Origin: Octopus vulgaris
Lineage: Eukaryota
Assembly (NCBI GenBank): GCA_951406725.2
Contig: OX597817.1
Span: 136,462,001 to 136,526,000, forward strand
Reading direction: 5' to 3'
Length of the DNA: 64,000 nucleotides
The notes under the pieces were generated by a model, which was not told where the DNA came from, did not search any database, and saw only the letters and a list, made by a program, of their open reading frames with translations. Within the stretch, counting starts at the first letter, position 1; every line of letters starts with the position of its first letter. The translations under genes were made by a program, and so were the position numbers. This document shows positions 1 to 12,329 of this stretch, piece by piece.

Positions 1-1
1 G

Positions 2-253
2 GTCCTTCCTTGGTGTGACAAACACTGATGTTTTGTCATTGTAGCAACTTTTCTATGCTACATACCAAACGAGGCCTGCTGCAAGCTATTTTCACTGTGT
101 ATGTCTATATACTAAATGGCTTGCAAAGTATCTGCTGGCATGTCCTAACATTTCGTGCTATGGAAAAAATTCAAATAAGGCCTTGTTCATTATGCAGCAT
201 TGAGAAGTCACAACACTGACAAAACATCAATGTCTGTTGCTCTAAGAAAGGAC
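2..253. repeat. Imperfect inverted repeat (foldback/MITE-like), arms ~2-77 and ~178-253; probably continues left of the window
   Basis: gtccttccttggtgtgacaaacactgatgttttgtcattgtagcaacttttctatgc matches the reverse complement of 178-253 (gtcctttcttagagcaacagacattgatgttttgtcagtgttgtgacttctcaatgc). The ORF track shows mirrored peptides MFCHCSNFSMLH / MFCQCCDFSMLH. Confidence 0.75.
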
Positions 254-409
254 TTGATGTGAGTTCTTTCACTTGCTTATGACTTGCTTTCAGGTGGTTT
301 TTAACACCGGGCACATTAAGAATATATTCTCCTACACCTAAAAACGTAGCTGACCTTTGAACCAACAACACACACTCCTTGTGTATGTGTGTTTGCATTT
401 TGTTTATAT

Positions 410-1058
410 ACCTCAAGCTGCTGTGAATTCATATCTGACAGGGCTACCAAGTATTTGCAACACAAAAAAGAAAAAAGCTCTTTAGAGTGGAGGGGACATT
501 GGAGGAGGTGATCTTGTGTCAGATGATGGAAGGTTATAGTGAGACAGAAACAGGTGTCTTGCTGCAGTGGAGGTACAAGATTACCCAGCTGGAGAGAGAG
601 TTCGAGAGATAACGAATGCAGATAGAAACAGGTGCACTGCCACAAAGGAAATACATGGTTAGCCAACCTGAGGGAAGTGCAGGAGAAAGAAAGAGTAGGA
701 GACAGCAGGATAGAGATGGTGGCAAAGTGTTGGGCATACACAACGATACAGCAAGACAGAGTGTGGGTGGTACACACAGGACGGAAGCTAGCAGAGAGCA
801 ATGATACAGTGGCAAAGGGCCAAGAGGACAAGATTGGGGAGTGGGAGGTAAGCCTGGTGCATGAAGTGGAAATGTGAGGAAGAGAAGAGATGTAGTTTGG
901 TTTGTTGTGGTAGAGTGTGTGAGAAGTTTTCTTGTTAAGTGTGGGTGGGACACACAGCACTTCTAGAACTCAGTTTCACTTACATGGACAGGGTCTTTTC
1001 AAGGACTTCATATTGCCAGACATCTCGGTCCGTTGTCATTTCTTCTGTGAGGCCCAAG
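410..1058 (-). mobile_element. RTE-clade LINE 3' fragment (ORF C-terminus plus long pyrimidine-rich 3' UTR)
   Basis: Minus strand 1058-980 reads LGLTEEMTTDRDVWQYEVLEKT, matching the ORF end at 37.4 kb. A CT-rich tract follows on the minus strand. Confidence 0.6.
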
Positions 1059-1136
1059 GATTGATAAAATAAGCAGCAGTCAAGCATTGCTAGCCTTGTA
1101 CCAAAAATTCAAACCATTATTATTATCATTCTTATA

Positions 1137-1355
1137 GGTCGTGAGCTGGCAGAATTGTTAGCATGCCAGACTAAGTGATTAGCAGCATTTCAGTTGTCCT
1201 TACACTCTGAGTTCAAATTCCACCAACCTTGACTTTCCCTTTCTTCCTTTTGGGGTCAATAAAGAAAGAACCAGTTAAGCACTGAGGTCAATGTAACCGA
1301 CTAGCACCATTCCCCCAAAATTTCAAGCCTATTGTGCCTGTTGTAAGAAAGGACT
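1137..1355 (+). mobile_element. tRNA-derived SINE, Meta/MESC-like central domain (family A)
   Basis: Head gtgagctggcagaa, B-box gagttcaaattcc, core cctttcttccttttggggtcaataaa..accagtt; homologous to 15666-16088 and 26925-27120. Confidence 0.75.
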
Positions 1356-1899
1356 ATTGTTACCACTACCACCACCACTACTACTACTACAGCAAAAAGA
1401 TGGCAAAAATTATTATGGTGGAAATATATAAGGCAAATTTTCCTCCAGTAATAATGTTTACAACAAAAGAACCTGCTGTGAAAAGTTAACAGCCACTTTT
1501 TTATTTAGGAAAAAAAAGAGGAAAATTTAACAACTGGTTCACACAAACCTGCTCCAGTTCAGCCCTGCTTGTACAACAACCGTCATACAATGATGATGGT
1601 GCATTACTAGAATGGAAATTACTTTGTTGTGTGGGAGAGATGGGGTTCACTGGTAGGAATAATCATGATAATAAAGAATGAATACAAGTTAATATAGCCT
1701 TAAGATTTGAGGTGTAATGATTGCAGAAGATACAGTACAGTGAAAACTACCTGATGCATTGCTTCTGTTATACTAAATGAACTTTTTGGTACTAATGCAA
1801 GTGTCTTATTTTAACAGACTTATGAGTTGGTTGGAGGAAAAAGTTCTTTGTATTTTATGCTCCTCCTACATTGCCTTCTCAATTCTTTTGTTTTTTTAT

Positions 1900-2107
1900 T
1901 CTTTTATTTGTTTAAGTCATTTGGCTGTGGCCATGCTGGGGAGCCGCCTTTTAGTCAAACAACTCGACCCCAGGACTTATTCTTTGTAAGCTTAGTACTT
2001 ACTCTATCGGTCTCTTTTGCCGAACCACTAAGTTACCCGGATGTAAACACACCAACATCGGTTGTTAAGCGATGCTGGAGTGGGGTGGGGGCAAACACAG
2101 ACACACA

Positions 2108-2159
<52 letters not shown>

Positions 2160-2312
2160 GCTTCTTTCAGTTTCCGTCTACCAGATTCACTCACAATGGT
2201 TGGCCCAAGGCTATAGTAGAAGACACATGCCCAAGGTGCCATATAGTGGGACTGAACCCAAAACCATGTGGTTGGTAAGCAAGCTACTTACCACACAGCC
2301 ACTTTTGCGCCT
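1900..2312 (-). mobile_element. Full-length tRNA-derived CORE-type SINE with internal (TA)n (family B)
   Basis: Minus strand: gtggctgtgtggtaag A-box, gggttcagtccc B-box, CORE-like ggcaccttgggca, then (TA)n and a 3' module ending gtcaaatgact-like. Near-identical architecture at 38880-39320. Confidence 0.85.
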
Positions 2313-2345
2313 ACATATTGAATACATATTGGTTATATGTATTTG

Positions 2346-2552
2346 ATTATTTAAACTGACAAAAATATTTTTACCTGTTTTGTGTTCAAACCAACCTGAT
2401 TGGGTCTTTCACACCTGCCTTACAATGTCATTCTAAAAATATACAACCACATCATCAAAATCTCAAAGGTACAAGATAATGCCTAATTAATTCAAAGCAA
2501 TGTCAGTAAATAAGAATTATAATATAATTTAATTTGAATGCTAAAGGATTAA
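2346..2552. mobile_element. Degraded TTAA-type (piggyBac-like) MITE
   Basis: Right end gaatgctaaaggattaa resembles the aaagggttaa terminus of the 7128-7347 MITE; the left terminus is eroded. Confidence 0.4.
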
Positions 2553-2656
2553 ATATGTCAATTAATATTGAATACTTGGCAATATGATTTTATGATATCA
2601 ATAATAAAGTACAAATGCCAACGTCAGTTTCTGCCCTTCTTAAAACACAAGAGGAG

Positions 2657-2991
2657 TACATTATTTACATTATTTACATTTGATGGATATTTGTCCTCAT
2701 CTTGTTTGTTGTTAACACAACATTTTGGCTGATATACCCTCCAGCCTTCATCAGGTGTCTTGGGGGAAATTTCGAACCTGGGTTCTCATTCCTAAGGTAT
2801 TTTTCAAAGTTGTTGTTGTTGTCGACCTTCTTCTTCTCCTCCTCCTCCTCCTCCTCCTTCTTCTTCTTCTTCTTCTTCTTCTTCTTCTTCTTCTTCTTCT
2901 TCTTCTCCTCTTTCTTCTTGTCACTGCCTGGAATCGAACTTGGAATCTTGGTGTTAGTAGCCCATGCTCTTAACCACTATGTCATATGCCC
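2657..2991 (-). mobile_element. tRNA-headed SINE with (GAA/GAG)n spacer and Penelope-type hammerhead-like 3' tail
   Basis: Minus strand: head ggcatatgacatagtggttaagagc..aagattccaagttcgattccaggc (A/B boxes), then the microsatellite, then gacac-CTGATGA-a-ggctg-gagggtatat-cagcc-AAAAT-gtt-gtgtt, ending in a (AATGTAAAT)n tail. Confidence 0.75.
2826..2918. repeat. (CTT)n/(CTC)n microsatellite
   Basis: Direct reading. Confidence 0.95.
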
Positions 2992-3910
2992 GTGTCCATG
3001 GGTAGTTAGGACCCATGTACACAGTCACCCTCCACTTGACCTCATATTGCTTTACTTAAGCCTCCCCAAAGCCACTCTTACCCTTTAACTTTCAGTGATC
3101 CAGAATTACTGAACTGCTCTTATTGTAGAGTATTCAATTAATCAGTGTGTTTTATTATGAGAACTGTACAAAATATGCATGCATAATTATAAGAAATAAA
3201 CAAGCAACTTTTTTATTTATAGAAACTTCACAAAGGACGGCCATTAATAATTATTTCTATTGGCAGACAATGAACATAGGAAAAAGTAGAAAATGAAAAG
3301 TAGTTTATCTACTGTACCCATTCTTACAACCTCATTTCTGTTACTACTTATGCAAGGTACCACAGGATACTAGCCCTGAAACCATGTATGTGTCAGGTAG
3401 ACTTCTCAACCATATCATTACTAATTTCCTTGAGGTTATTATTGCTCAGTGTATCACTGGAAGAGAAGAATGGTTTTCTTCAACATACCTAATTTAGGTA
3501 TAATTTAATAAGCCTCTTTAATATTTAGTTTTATAGACTGTTTTGTTAAAGAAATTAGCATTTTACTATCTAATATTTTTGTAAAATGTTCAGCGAGGAA
3601 AAGATTATGAAAATTCCATTTAAATCTTCTTCTAGAATTTCAAAAGTTAAGATTCTTATGATGCAGGTTGTGTATACTGGTTTTGAATGTTATTTTTTTG
3701 TCTCCAATTGAAGCCATTTCCTTTCTTAATGGTCTTCTGAAGACATGGATATCATACAAACTTATCCCTTCACTATCAAGTTTAACCTTGTGTCTGTATC
3801 AGCAGATTCTATTACTTACTTACAAAGGATTTAACCTCTAAATTATACAATTTTTAATTTTCATTGATTTGCAAAATAATTTCTACATGACTTGACACCA
3901 CCACCACCAC

Positions 3911-4226
3911 CATCATCATCATCATTATTTACCATCCCTTTTCCTTGCTGGCATGGGTTAGATGGTTTGACTGGAACCGGTAAGCTGGAGAACTGCTTCA
4001 GGCTCCAGTCTGTTATACCTTGGTTACTATGACTGGACACCCTTCCTAATGCCAACCATTCCATAGTGTACTGGGTGTCTTGCACATGTCACCAGCATGC
4101 CTCACACGTCACTAGCATGTCACATACGTCACTGGCACTGACCACAACTACAATTCCACTAAATTTGATGTGTCCTCTGAAGCACAACAAATTGCCAAAA
4201 GTTTCTGTCACTTGTCATCACCTCCA
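3911..4226 (-). mobile_element. RTE LINE 3' end, (GAT)n tail
   Basis: catcatcat..ttccttgctggcatgggttagatggtttgac..cccttcctaatgccaacc motif shared with more than 15 copies in the window. Confidence 0.8.
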
Positions 4227-4571
4227 GCAGGAATGCTTCTATGCTCCCAGGAGCAATTTCTATGAAAATGAGGAAACCTTAAACATATAATCATCTAAAG
4301 TACAAGAAGTAGTAAAGCTATTTAGCAAAATAAAATAGCTGGTAAGGGTTCTTGGCAACCACTGTTGCCACTTTATGTATTAATATAACCTCTTGATAAA
4401 ACAATAAGAAAAAATAAAATGTGTGTTTGTGTGCTCACACATTTCACTTCACTGCTGTCTTTTTTGATCATTGTGTTAATATATAACAAAAAGAATTCAT
4501 CATTTAGTTCAGATTACTGAATATATTTATTTATTTCAACTGAGAATGGAAAATGTGTGTGTGTATATAAA

Positions 4572-4875
4572 ATCATGTGATCATATGATTGATCAGACTA
4601 TCAGATGGTGTTATACATTGCCAGTCACAATGCGCTTTGCATTGTTTTAGCTTTTGATTGATGCCTCCCCTCTAGCTGGTTAGGTGAGCAAGCCAGCATT
4701 CCCCCGATCAGAAAGCTATCCCACCACAGGGTAGACCCGTTTACAGCTGAGTGGACTGGAACAACTTGAAATGAAGCATTTTGCTCAAAACACAACTTGC
4801 CACCCAGTCCAGGAATTGAACCCATGATCTAGCAATCGCAAGTGCACCACCCTAACCACTAGGCCACTCGTCCTC
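4572..4875 (-). mobile_element. tRNA-derived CORE SINE (family D)
   Basis: Minus strand: gtggcctagtggttagggtg A-box, gggttcaattcc B-box, CORE-like ttgagcaaaatgcttcatttc..ccagtccactcagctgtaaa. Confidence 0.75.
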
Positions 4876-5144
4876 ATACACACACAGGTATATGTTATAT
4901 TTATATTGTAACTTGTGTTTTCTTTTCTCATTTTCCTCAAACATGTTAGAATTAGTTATTATATGATTATATTCAGTTGAAAATGGTTTTAGTCAAGTTT
5001 GCTTCTCATATCTGAGAAAAATTGACCAGTATTATCTCTGTTTCTGTCATTTTTTTTAACAATAACTGTATTATTGCTGGGAAACTTTCACTTAACCATT
5101 ACTTCTAATCGCGATAAAGTTTTTTCTTCCCCCACCTAGGCAGG

Positions 5145-6375
5145 TAGATTTTTTTATGCTTCTGTTAGAACTGTGATACTGCATGATAGAAAGATGTGGT
5201 CCTTGAATGCAGAAAGCTTATGAAGCCATCATGCTCAATGGATGTGTATGTGAGTGTGTTTGAATGCCAGAGTACAAGAATGAGTCCAAAGGCAAAGATT
5301 GGGAAAAAGAAGCTACACTGGTATGGGCATGTGACGTGAACAGAGGATGGATTTTTGTATGAGGAAGAAGTGCCAAGTAATCGGCACTCTAAGCTATTGG
5401 AAACAATGGATGTGGAAAGCTAAGGAGACTTGGGATGAAATGGTGAAGGCCATACTAAAGATGCTGTTTCTCATGGAACTGAAGATACAGGAAACGATGA
5501 AAGATCCACCCAACCCAATGTAAAACATACCTTGGTATGATGGTGGCATTTAGAAGCTGTGTACCCTGCCAAGCTTACTTTTGCTGCTACCTCTCTTGCA
5601 TCTTCCTTCTCACATACCAATTGCTCATCCCTTTTTCACTCTCATATTTCTTTATCACTCATAATCTTTCATCTCTTCTTCATCCTCTTCACACTGATCT
5701 CCTGGCCTTTTACTAGTTTCACATACAACTGACTACCTAGGCTCACTCATCCCATCCACCCACAAAATATATTTCAGCCTCACTTGTTATACTACCAGCC
5801 AGAACTCTCCTTCCATTCCCTAAACATCTTTGTTCTTTTTTTTTCATTGTATTCCTTCCCATACACTCTTCCACTCATTCTGGTTACCTCCCTCTCTCTC
5901 TCTCTCTCTCTAATTCTCCTGAGTAAATCCACTCACCCTAGGTTTTTTTAAAAAATTCTCTTTACACTTACACTCCTATTTCTCTCCTCACCCCTTCTAC
6001 TGTGCTGGAACCCTTCATGCTCACTCTGCAGATGAATGGTGAGCAGTGCAACCTCTCTAATGTTGGTGCTATGAAGATGCACCAAATGCACAGTATCAAG
6101 TGATTGGAAAATGAGCAGAAAATGTATAGGATTATGAGGTCCCTTTTAATCCAGTCTTGTCAGGGGCTCTTCAATTTCTTTAGTGCTACTGCCATTAAAA
6201 ATGCACTCAGTACTCTCTGCAAAGTGTTTGCTGACAGGAAGGACATACAGCTGTAGGAACCAAGCCAAATGGGATGTACAAGCCCCAGTCTTTAGCAGCA
6301 GAAATAACTCAGACTGTGGCATCCCATATCCAACTGCTGTCAGCATGAAAAGTGGACATAACATTATGATGACTC
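5145..6375 (+). mobile_element. Highly decayed RTE LINE 3' portion (ORF C-terminus, CT-rich UTR, tail remnants)
   Basis: Remnants of YDACVRT..LHGSETWALNA, LHWYGHV (ctacactggtatgggcatgtg) and KTWDEMVK; a tail cagcatgaaaagtggacat..gatga lies at ~6340-6372. Confidence 0.55.
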
Positions 6376-6670
6376 AAAACATTTACTGGGTTCTAGGAGA
6401 AAATGTGAGCTTTGTTTCAAATTAAAGTTTTAATATCTATTGTCACCTTATTCAACTTTATTCAGTTGGCCAAACTGCAGCATTTACTATTATGCTTTCT
6501 AGCTTATCCTCAATTAAATTACTACTTCAATTTTCTCCTACAATTCTAATTCACCCTTTATTAATCAATATTTCTGTGGACTTACTTCAGAAAATCTCAT
6601 TAGATCTTAATTATTATCATTATATTTATTATTAGTAATGAATTTTAAGTATTAAGCAATAATTTTACAA

Positions 6671-6828
6671 TGTAGACTTGTAATAATTGTCATTACCAAT
6701 TCTGTGATTGGTCATACTTTAAACATTGTAAGTTGTCATATTTATAAATGTTGCTGTGTAGATTTGTAATAATTGCCATTACTGATTCTGTGACTGGTCT
6801 TAACTTAAGCATTATAAGTTGTCATATT
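6671..6828. repeat. Diverged tandem duplication, ~86-bp period
   Basis: tgtagacttgtaataattgtcattacc..agttgtcatatt is repeated at 6671 and 6757. Confidence 0.85.
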
Positions 6829-7127
6829 ATCATTTTATCTGTTTAAATAGCATTTACTCATATTGTTTGTTGTAGTGCACATTTCCCCACAGCTCTTTTG
6901 TAGATCGATGTAATACACACTTTTTGTGTCATTTAAAAAATTTGAAAATTTAACATTAGTCAGCTTCTTTAGTTACTTATTTTAGTTTGAATAATCTTTA
7001 TATTGATTATTATCAGTAGTAGCTTTTTAATCTATGATGGCTGAACCTTATTAAAAAACACTGTAAAGTTAGGTTTTCTGTTGATTAATTTTCTGTAATA
7101 GTAAATGTCCATGGGAATGAGGATTAA

Positions 7128-7347
7128 CCCTTTCGTTACCAACCCAACTGAAAACGGTTCTGGCTCTGAGTACAAATGTCTTGTTTTCATAAGTTTTAAA
7201 TTGAAATCTTCCACCAAACCTTAGTCACAATTTATGTTCCTAACACTATCTGAATGATAACTAAGTTATTCTACTAAATTCTGTATTATATTTAAAGTAA
7301 GTGAAAGAAACACAGAGCATCTGAAAATAAATACAGTAATGAAAGGG
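7128..7347. mobile_element. piggyBac-like MITE with TTAA target-site duplication
   Basis: TTAA|ccctttcgttac ... gtaatgaaaggg|TTAA: terminal inverted repeats flanked by TTAA at 7124-7127 and 7348-7351. Confidence 0.85.
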
Positions 7348-8595
7348 TTAAGCTTTTGGAAAAACTATGAACCAGTTTTAATATAGAGTGTTCAGAAAGA
7401 AAAGCTGTTGGGTGTACTGGGATCGTATAAAAGGGCAAAAAATGCACTTTTTAATTAGCTTTCTTACCAATTAACTCAATTTAATTTAAAGCTTTCACTC
7501 AAAATCAAGTGAATAGATTTAACAAGTCTTATATACTTTGAGAATATTAACATCTTAAGCTTCATAACCTAAATTTTATATTTGAAATATTTAATGGTCG
7601 ATAATTGTCAAAACTGGAATTCCATTTCATAGTTTTACATCATCCTATATTTTTTAAAACATTTTATTGGTGTGATGTTAACATGATAGGAAATGAGAGC
7701 AGTGGAAGACAGCTTGCACGATTATGGCAGACGAGGATATTGTATTCAACAGCAATAATTCAAAGGTGTGCATGATTAGAAAATGCTTTGACTATCCTTT
7801 AAGTAAAGCTGAATGAGAATACCAAACATTATTCTAGACACTTGCTTACTTCCTTCATTTCTCCTATAGCATTAAGTTTTATATTTTGTCTACATTCATT
7901 CAATGCTGACATAATTGTTAATTTTCTTTATTGTATATTGAATGCATGCAATTTTAGTTATTGTTTGAATATGCCTAAAATGGTAGTTCATGCACATATG
8001 TTTGTGTTCTATGTATCATGTGTGTGTGTGTAGGTGAATAAAAGCATACTAGTTTAACACACATATGCAAGTGATTGCATTTCAAATTTCTTTTTAAATG
8101 CTAACATTTTTGAAATCTAATGTCCATAGGGAGTACATTTTTACCTGCTATCAAAAATAATCGAGGAAAGAGCATATTTTTCAATGAATTTTAAAAATAT
8201 CTTATTAAAAGGATCTCTTCTTTCTTTATAGGAAATTTAATAGTCATTAATTGACTTTATCTGCATTATTAAATGTTCCTTCACTGAATATAGCAAAGGC
8301 AAGAGATTTGGTGCAAATGATAGCGTACCAGATTAGATACTGCACCATACCTAGTTGAGTACTTCATCTTTCACGGTTTAATTTCTAAGCAGATTGATAC
8401 AATGGATACTTGTTAAATACAGAAGTAAATTCTCAGCAGCTTTTACAGAATGAGTACATATATGTGATTATAGAGTGGCATTGAACAATATTACACAACT
8501 CAGCGTGTTTCAATTGTAGAGTTGTGACAACTTGGTACAAATAATAGAATGTCATACTAAATTTTTCACTTGACCATTTTTTATATTTTATGTTG

Positions 8596-9149
8596 TAAGG
8601 AAAGATAAAATTCTCTTTCTGTCGGGCAAATGGTCTTGCTCAATATGTAGGAAAGGAGTTGGAAGTAATTCCATTCACTGCTTCAGTGTAAACTAAGGAC
8701 GCATAAGAAGTGCAGTGGAATCACAGGTAGATTAACAGATAAAGTCATCTCTGTATGTGGTAGATGTGCAGGAACAATGCACATTAAGAGGACATGGGAT
8801 TTAGATTCTCTCAAATGCCCTGGAGGCTCTCTTGAGGTTGTAGCTAGTTCTGTTACCTCGGTGACCAAATTAGCAATGGTGGAGGATGCTCTGAAAGTAT
8901 TGTTTTTAGAATAAGGATAGGGCGAGGAAGTTCAGAGAGCTATTACCTCTTTTGGCAACAAAAGAACTCTCTCTCAGAGTGTATGATGCTTATATGATGC
9001 TTGTGTATGAATGGCTATACTCTATGGTAGTGAGACATGGGCTCTGAATGCAGAGGACATGTGTAGACTGGAGGGAAATGAAGGTAGTATGCTCTGTCGG
9101 ATGTCGGATGTCCCAGCATGGAAGGCAGGCATTAAACGATGATGATGAT
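8596..9149 (+). pseudogene. Internally deleted RTE-clade LINE ORF fragment (PHD-like finger plus RT thumb region) fused to the (GAT)n tail
   Basis: With frameshifts it translates to SGKWSCSICRKGVGSNSIHC..THKKCSGITGRL..VCGRC..LEVV..CYLGDQISNGGGCSESI..FRELLPLL..LYGSETWALNAEDM..LEGNEGSML. It then jumps at 9112 to ccagcatggaaggcaggcattaaacgatgatgat. Confidence 0.85.
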
Positions 9150-10617
9150 ATGGTGCAGAGCTGGAAATTTATATAACACCACTTTAGTGGCCCAATCCAA
9201 CTTTTCTACCTCAACCATAAAGGCACTGCTTCATTTAAATAACTAGTTGTATACTACCCCTATACTGTCTCATCACTTCAACTCTTCTACCATTCCTATA
9301 ATCGTCTCTGTTTTACTTGACTTGTTACTTAAAAACCACTTCCACCCATCTGACAAACCTGTACCTTCTCTCTGGTCACCCATTCTGTTTGTTCTCTCTC
9401 AGCCCTTACTCTAACCCCTAAAATCTCAGTCTTTCCCACCTCCAGACATGGACATGTAACTGACCACCAACAACTTCAATCTGACCAGACTGTCAGTGAG
9501 ACCTGTACATGTTATAATAACAACACAGTCCATTTCATGTACCAAGTTATTCTGATTGTAGCTAATGTCTTTCTCTCGTTAGCCTTTGTTAGAATTTTAA
9601 AATGTTCAGGAGTAAAAACATTTTATTATCTATAAGGTCAATAAAATAATTATCAACAACACAATTCAGTTGATTATGGCTCCTTATTGTGTATGTAGGA
9701 ATATAGAAGGATTTGCAGGTAGTTTTGTAGGCAGGAGATAGAAATATAGCCACACAAGATGAGTAGTTAACAAGAAGAGCAATGAAATCCAATGAACTGT
9801 TCAGATGATTCATTAGGATGGAGAAGATAATTTTAGTTAGCTTGATGTCATTATCTGTGCTGGAGGTGGTTTGAGCAAGAGAGTATAATAGTAACTTGTA
9901 GAACATGTTCAGAGAGATGTAAGGATTTTTTTTCCCTGTAAATTAGAGTATGGAATGTCTGCAAGAAGTGTAAGTTGCATAGTGAGATTAGCAAGCAGTC
10001 TTAGAAAAATCAAAGTAAAATAAGAAAAAAAAGCGTGATTTGTTGTATGTGTAATGTTCACTGGCATGGAATTGGAGCATGTAGAATGGCCTGTGTATTA
10101 AAGCTTTGGTTGCTTTACACAAGGGAAAACAGTTGAACTGGCATGGACAATAAGTTGTGAGTGACAAAAAGAAACAGAATTCACTAAGAAACTTAATTTA
10201 AATAAATAAATTGATAATAAAGTTATTATTTATCTGCTTGCTCTTTTAAAGAAGATGAACTGTGGTTGTAATTTGTTACACTCTTTCCATAGAGATATGA
10301 CAGAAAGGTTAATAATGTAATAGTTTGTAGGTGATTTCTCCTCAGAAATAACCTGTCTATGAGAGAAATTCTTGAGTGAGCATGAGTGGACAAGTTGCTT
10401 CTGCTGGTAGGTGGTGTCTATAAGCCATAAAAATGGTGAAACATCGATGTCCGTCACTCCCAAATGGGATTGAGGGTAAGTTATCTCACCTGTCCATGGC
10501 TCTTAGTTGTCTTAACACTGGTGACTCAAGAGTTATATGCTCCGCTATGCCATTGCAGCCACCAGAAAATACACAAAGCATATATACATTAGTATATGTA
10601 TTTAACATATATATATT

Positions 10618-10802
10618 TTTCTACTCTAGGCACAAGGCCTGAAATTTTGGGGGAGAGGGCCAGTCGATTAGTTTGACCCCAGTACACAAGGATGAAAGAC
10701 AAAGTCGACCTTGGTGGCATTTGAACTTGGAATTTAAAGACAGATGAAATACCACTAAGCATTTTGCTCAGTGTGCTAATGTGTCTGCCAGCTCACTGCC
10801 TA
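10618..10802 (-). mobile_element. Family A SINE (Meta/MESC-like), internally deleted
   Basis: Reverse complement of ggcagtgagctggcag..agttcaaatgccaccaaggtcgactttgtctttcatcc..ggggtcaaac. Confidence 0.75.
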
Positions 10803-12329
10803 ATGTAATAATATGTAATGTGTGTGTGGTGATGATATGAACAAAACTTAAACCACTCACTTTTAATTAAAGTTCATTATATAAGAAAAGATACATCAAT
10901 TTAACTATAGGTGATGTACTGTCAGTTTCACAACAGTATATAATAGCTATAAAAATGGCAGTACGTCTCTTCACTTAAATTATCTCTATCTTCTTTTCTT
11001 ATATATACATGTGTGTGTGTGTGTATGTGAATCTTCACCATTTCTCTAAATCTTTACACCAAATGAAGATATTTAATTATTTATAGTTAATAATAAATAA
11101 TTATCAATATTAATTAATTATCATTAATAATGCTTCTTTTGTTTGCAAAGTGTTGAGATGTCTGTCAATGTACATAAGTTATATTTTTCTGTCTCTGATT
11201 CTATCTGGATATTTAGATCTGGACGGATATTTACTGGAGTATCATGTGACAAGAGATGCAGTGTGGGTTTATATGATTCAGTTTTCAGTTTTGATGTGGA
11301 TGAACTCCCTGAATAATAATTTCAAATTGATACGGTTTCCTATCCACTCATGACTTCTACTCATATGATCTCTCTTTGTAAACAACTGGGCATCTCAAAA
11401 TGTGTTGATTATTTTGGTAGTTTTTTTTTTTGTGCCTTGGATCTTTTGTAGTTCAAAATTGGATGATAAGTTATTTTTTACCTTTAGTCGACAGATCTGA
11501 CGAACCATTGTTGGCTTTCAGATTAGCTCATTTTCTCTCTGTCCTCTCTTGCAGGAAACTAATTAATTAAAACTTTCTCTCTCCCTCTTTCTCTTTTTAT
11601 TAAATATATATTTTTTAATTTCCCATTTAGTTTTACCTTTTATTTAATATTTTCTGTTGGTTTATTTTTACCACAGTCTTTATCCTAAATGCATTTACCT
11701 TCGTGTTTGTGCCCTTGTTTCCTTAAACATAGAACAGAGAATGTAGATTTTGCAAACAGTCTGCCTTTGCTAGCTTTGGAGAATTTTTATAGACTCCTTA
11801 TGGCTATTTTGTAAGACTTGTATTTTTGTACTAGGTCCCTTCTATTCTGCATGTGGTAGAAAAATTCTCCTTGTGCTTAGTTAAGTCAAGTATTAATGTC
11901 TAACTGGTTAAAATTATACCCTTAGTGAAGAGGAAAAAATCATTAACTTTGTTAATTCTGATCAGGAAAGGTAAGGGAGATAACTTTGAAATCTACATTG
12001 ATGGATGCAGAATTTGAGTAATTTTCTGGGTTTTCTATCTTAACTCTAAAGTTCACTACCTTCACTTTTTTTTTTTGTAACTGTAGTTTTTGTTTGCAGT
12101 GGTTTATGTCATTTTTTTTCTGGCTTTGAGTTTGGTTTTTAATATTAGTCTGATTCTTCTGTAGTACTTTTTTTTGTATTTTTCACCTTCATTTTTGGGA
12201 GTTCTATCCTATCAATACACAAATAGGTGTTTCTCTTCTAATTTTCTGATTTCAGTGTTTAAAGCTAATTTGATATTTTTAGTTTCGGTAAATTTACATT
12301 TTGAAAGTGTTGGGCTTCACAGAAGCCAA

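Noticed and set aside
316-960. 214-aa minus-strand ORF
   Set aside because: A stop-poor CT-rich LINE UTR with no recognisable protein features.
2920-2991. Possible tRNA gene
   Set aside because: A and B boxes are present, but the acceptor and anticodon stems are imperfect and it is attached to a SINE body, so it is treated as a SINE head.
9589-10580. Possible CR1/L2 3' remnants on the minus strand
   Set aside because: Similarity too weak to support by eye.
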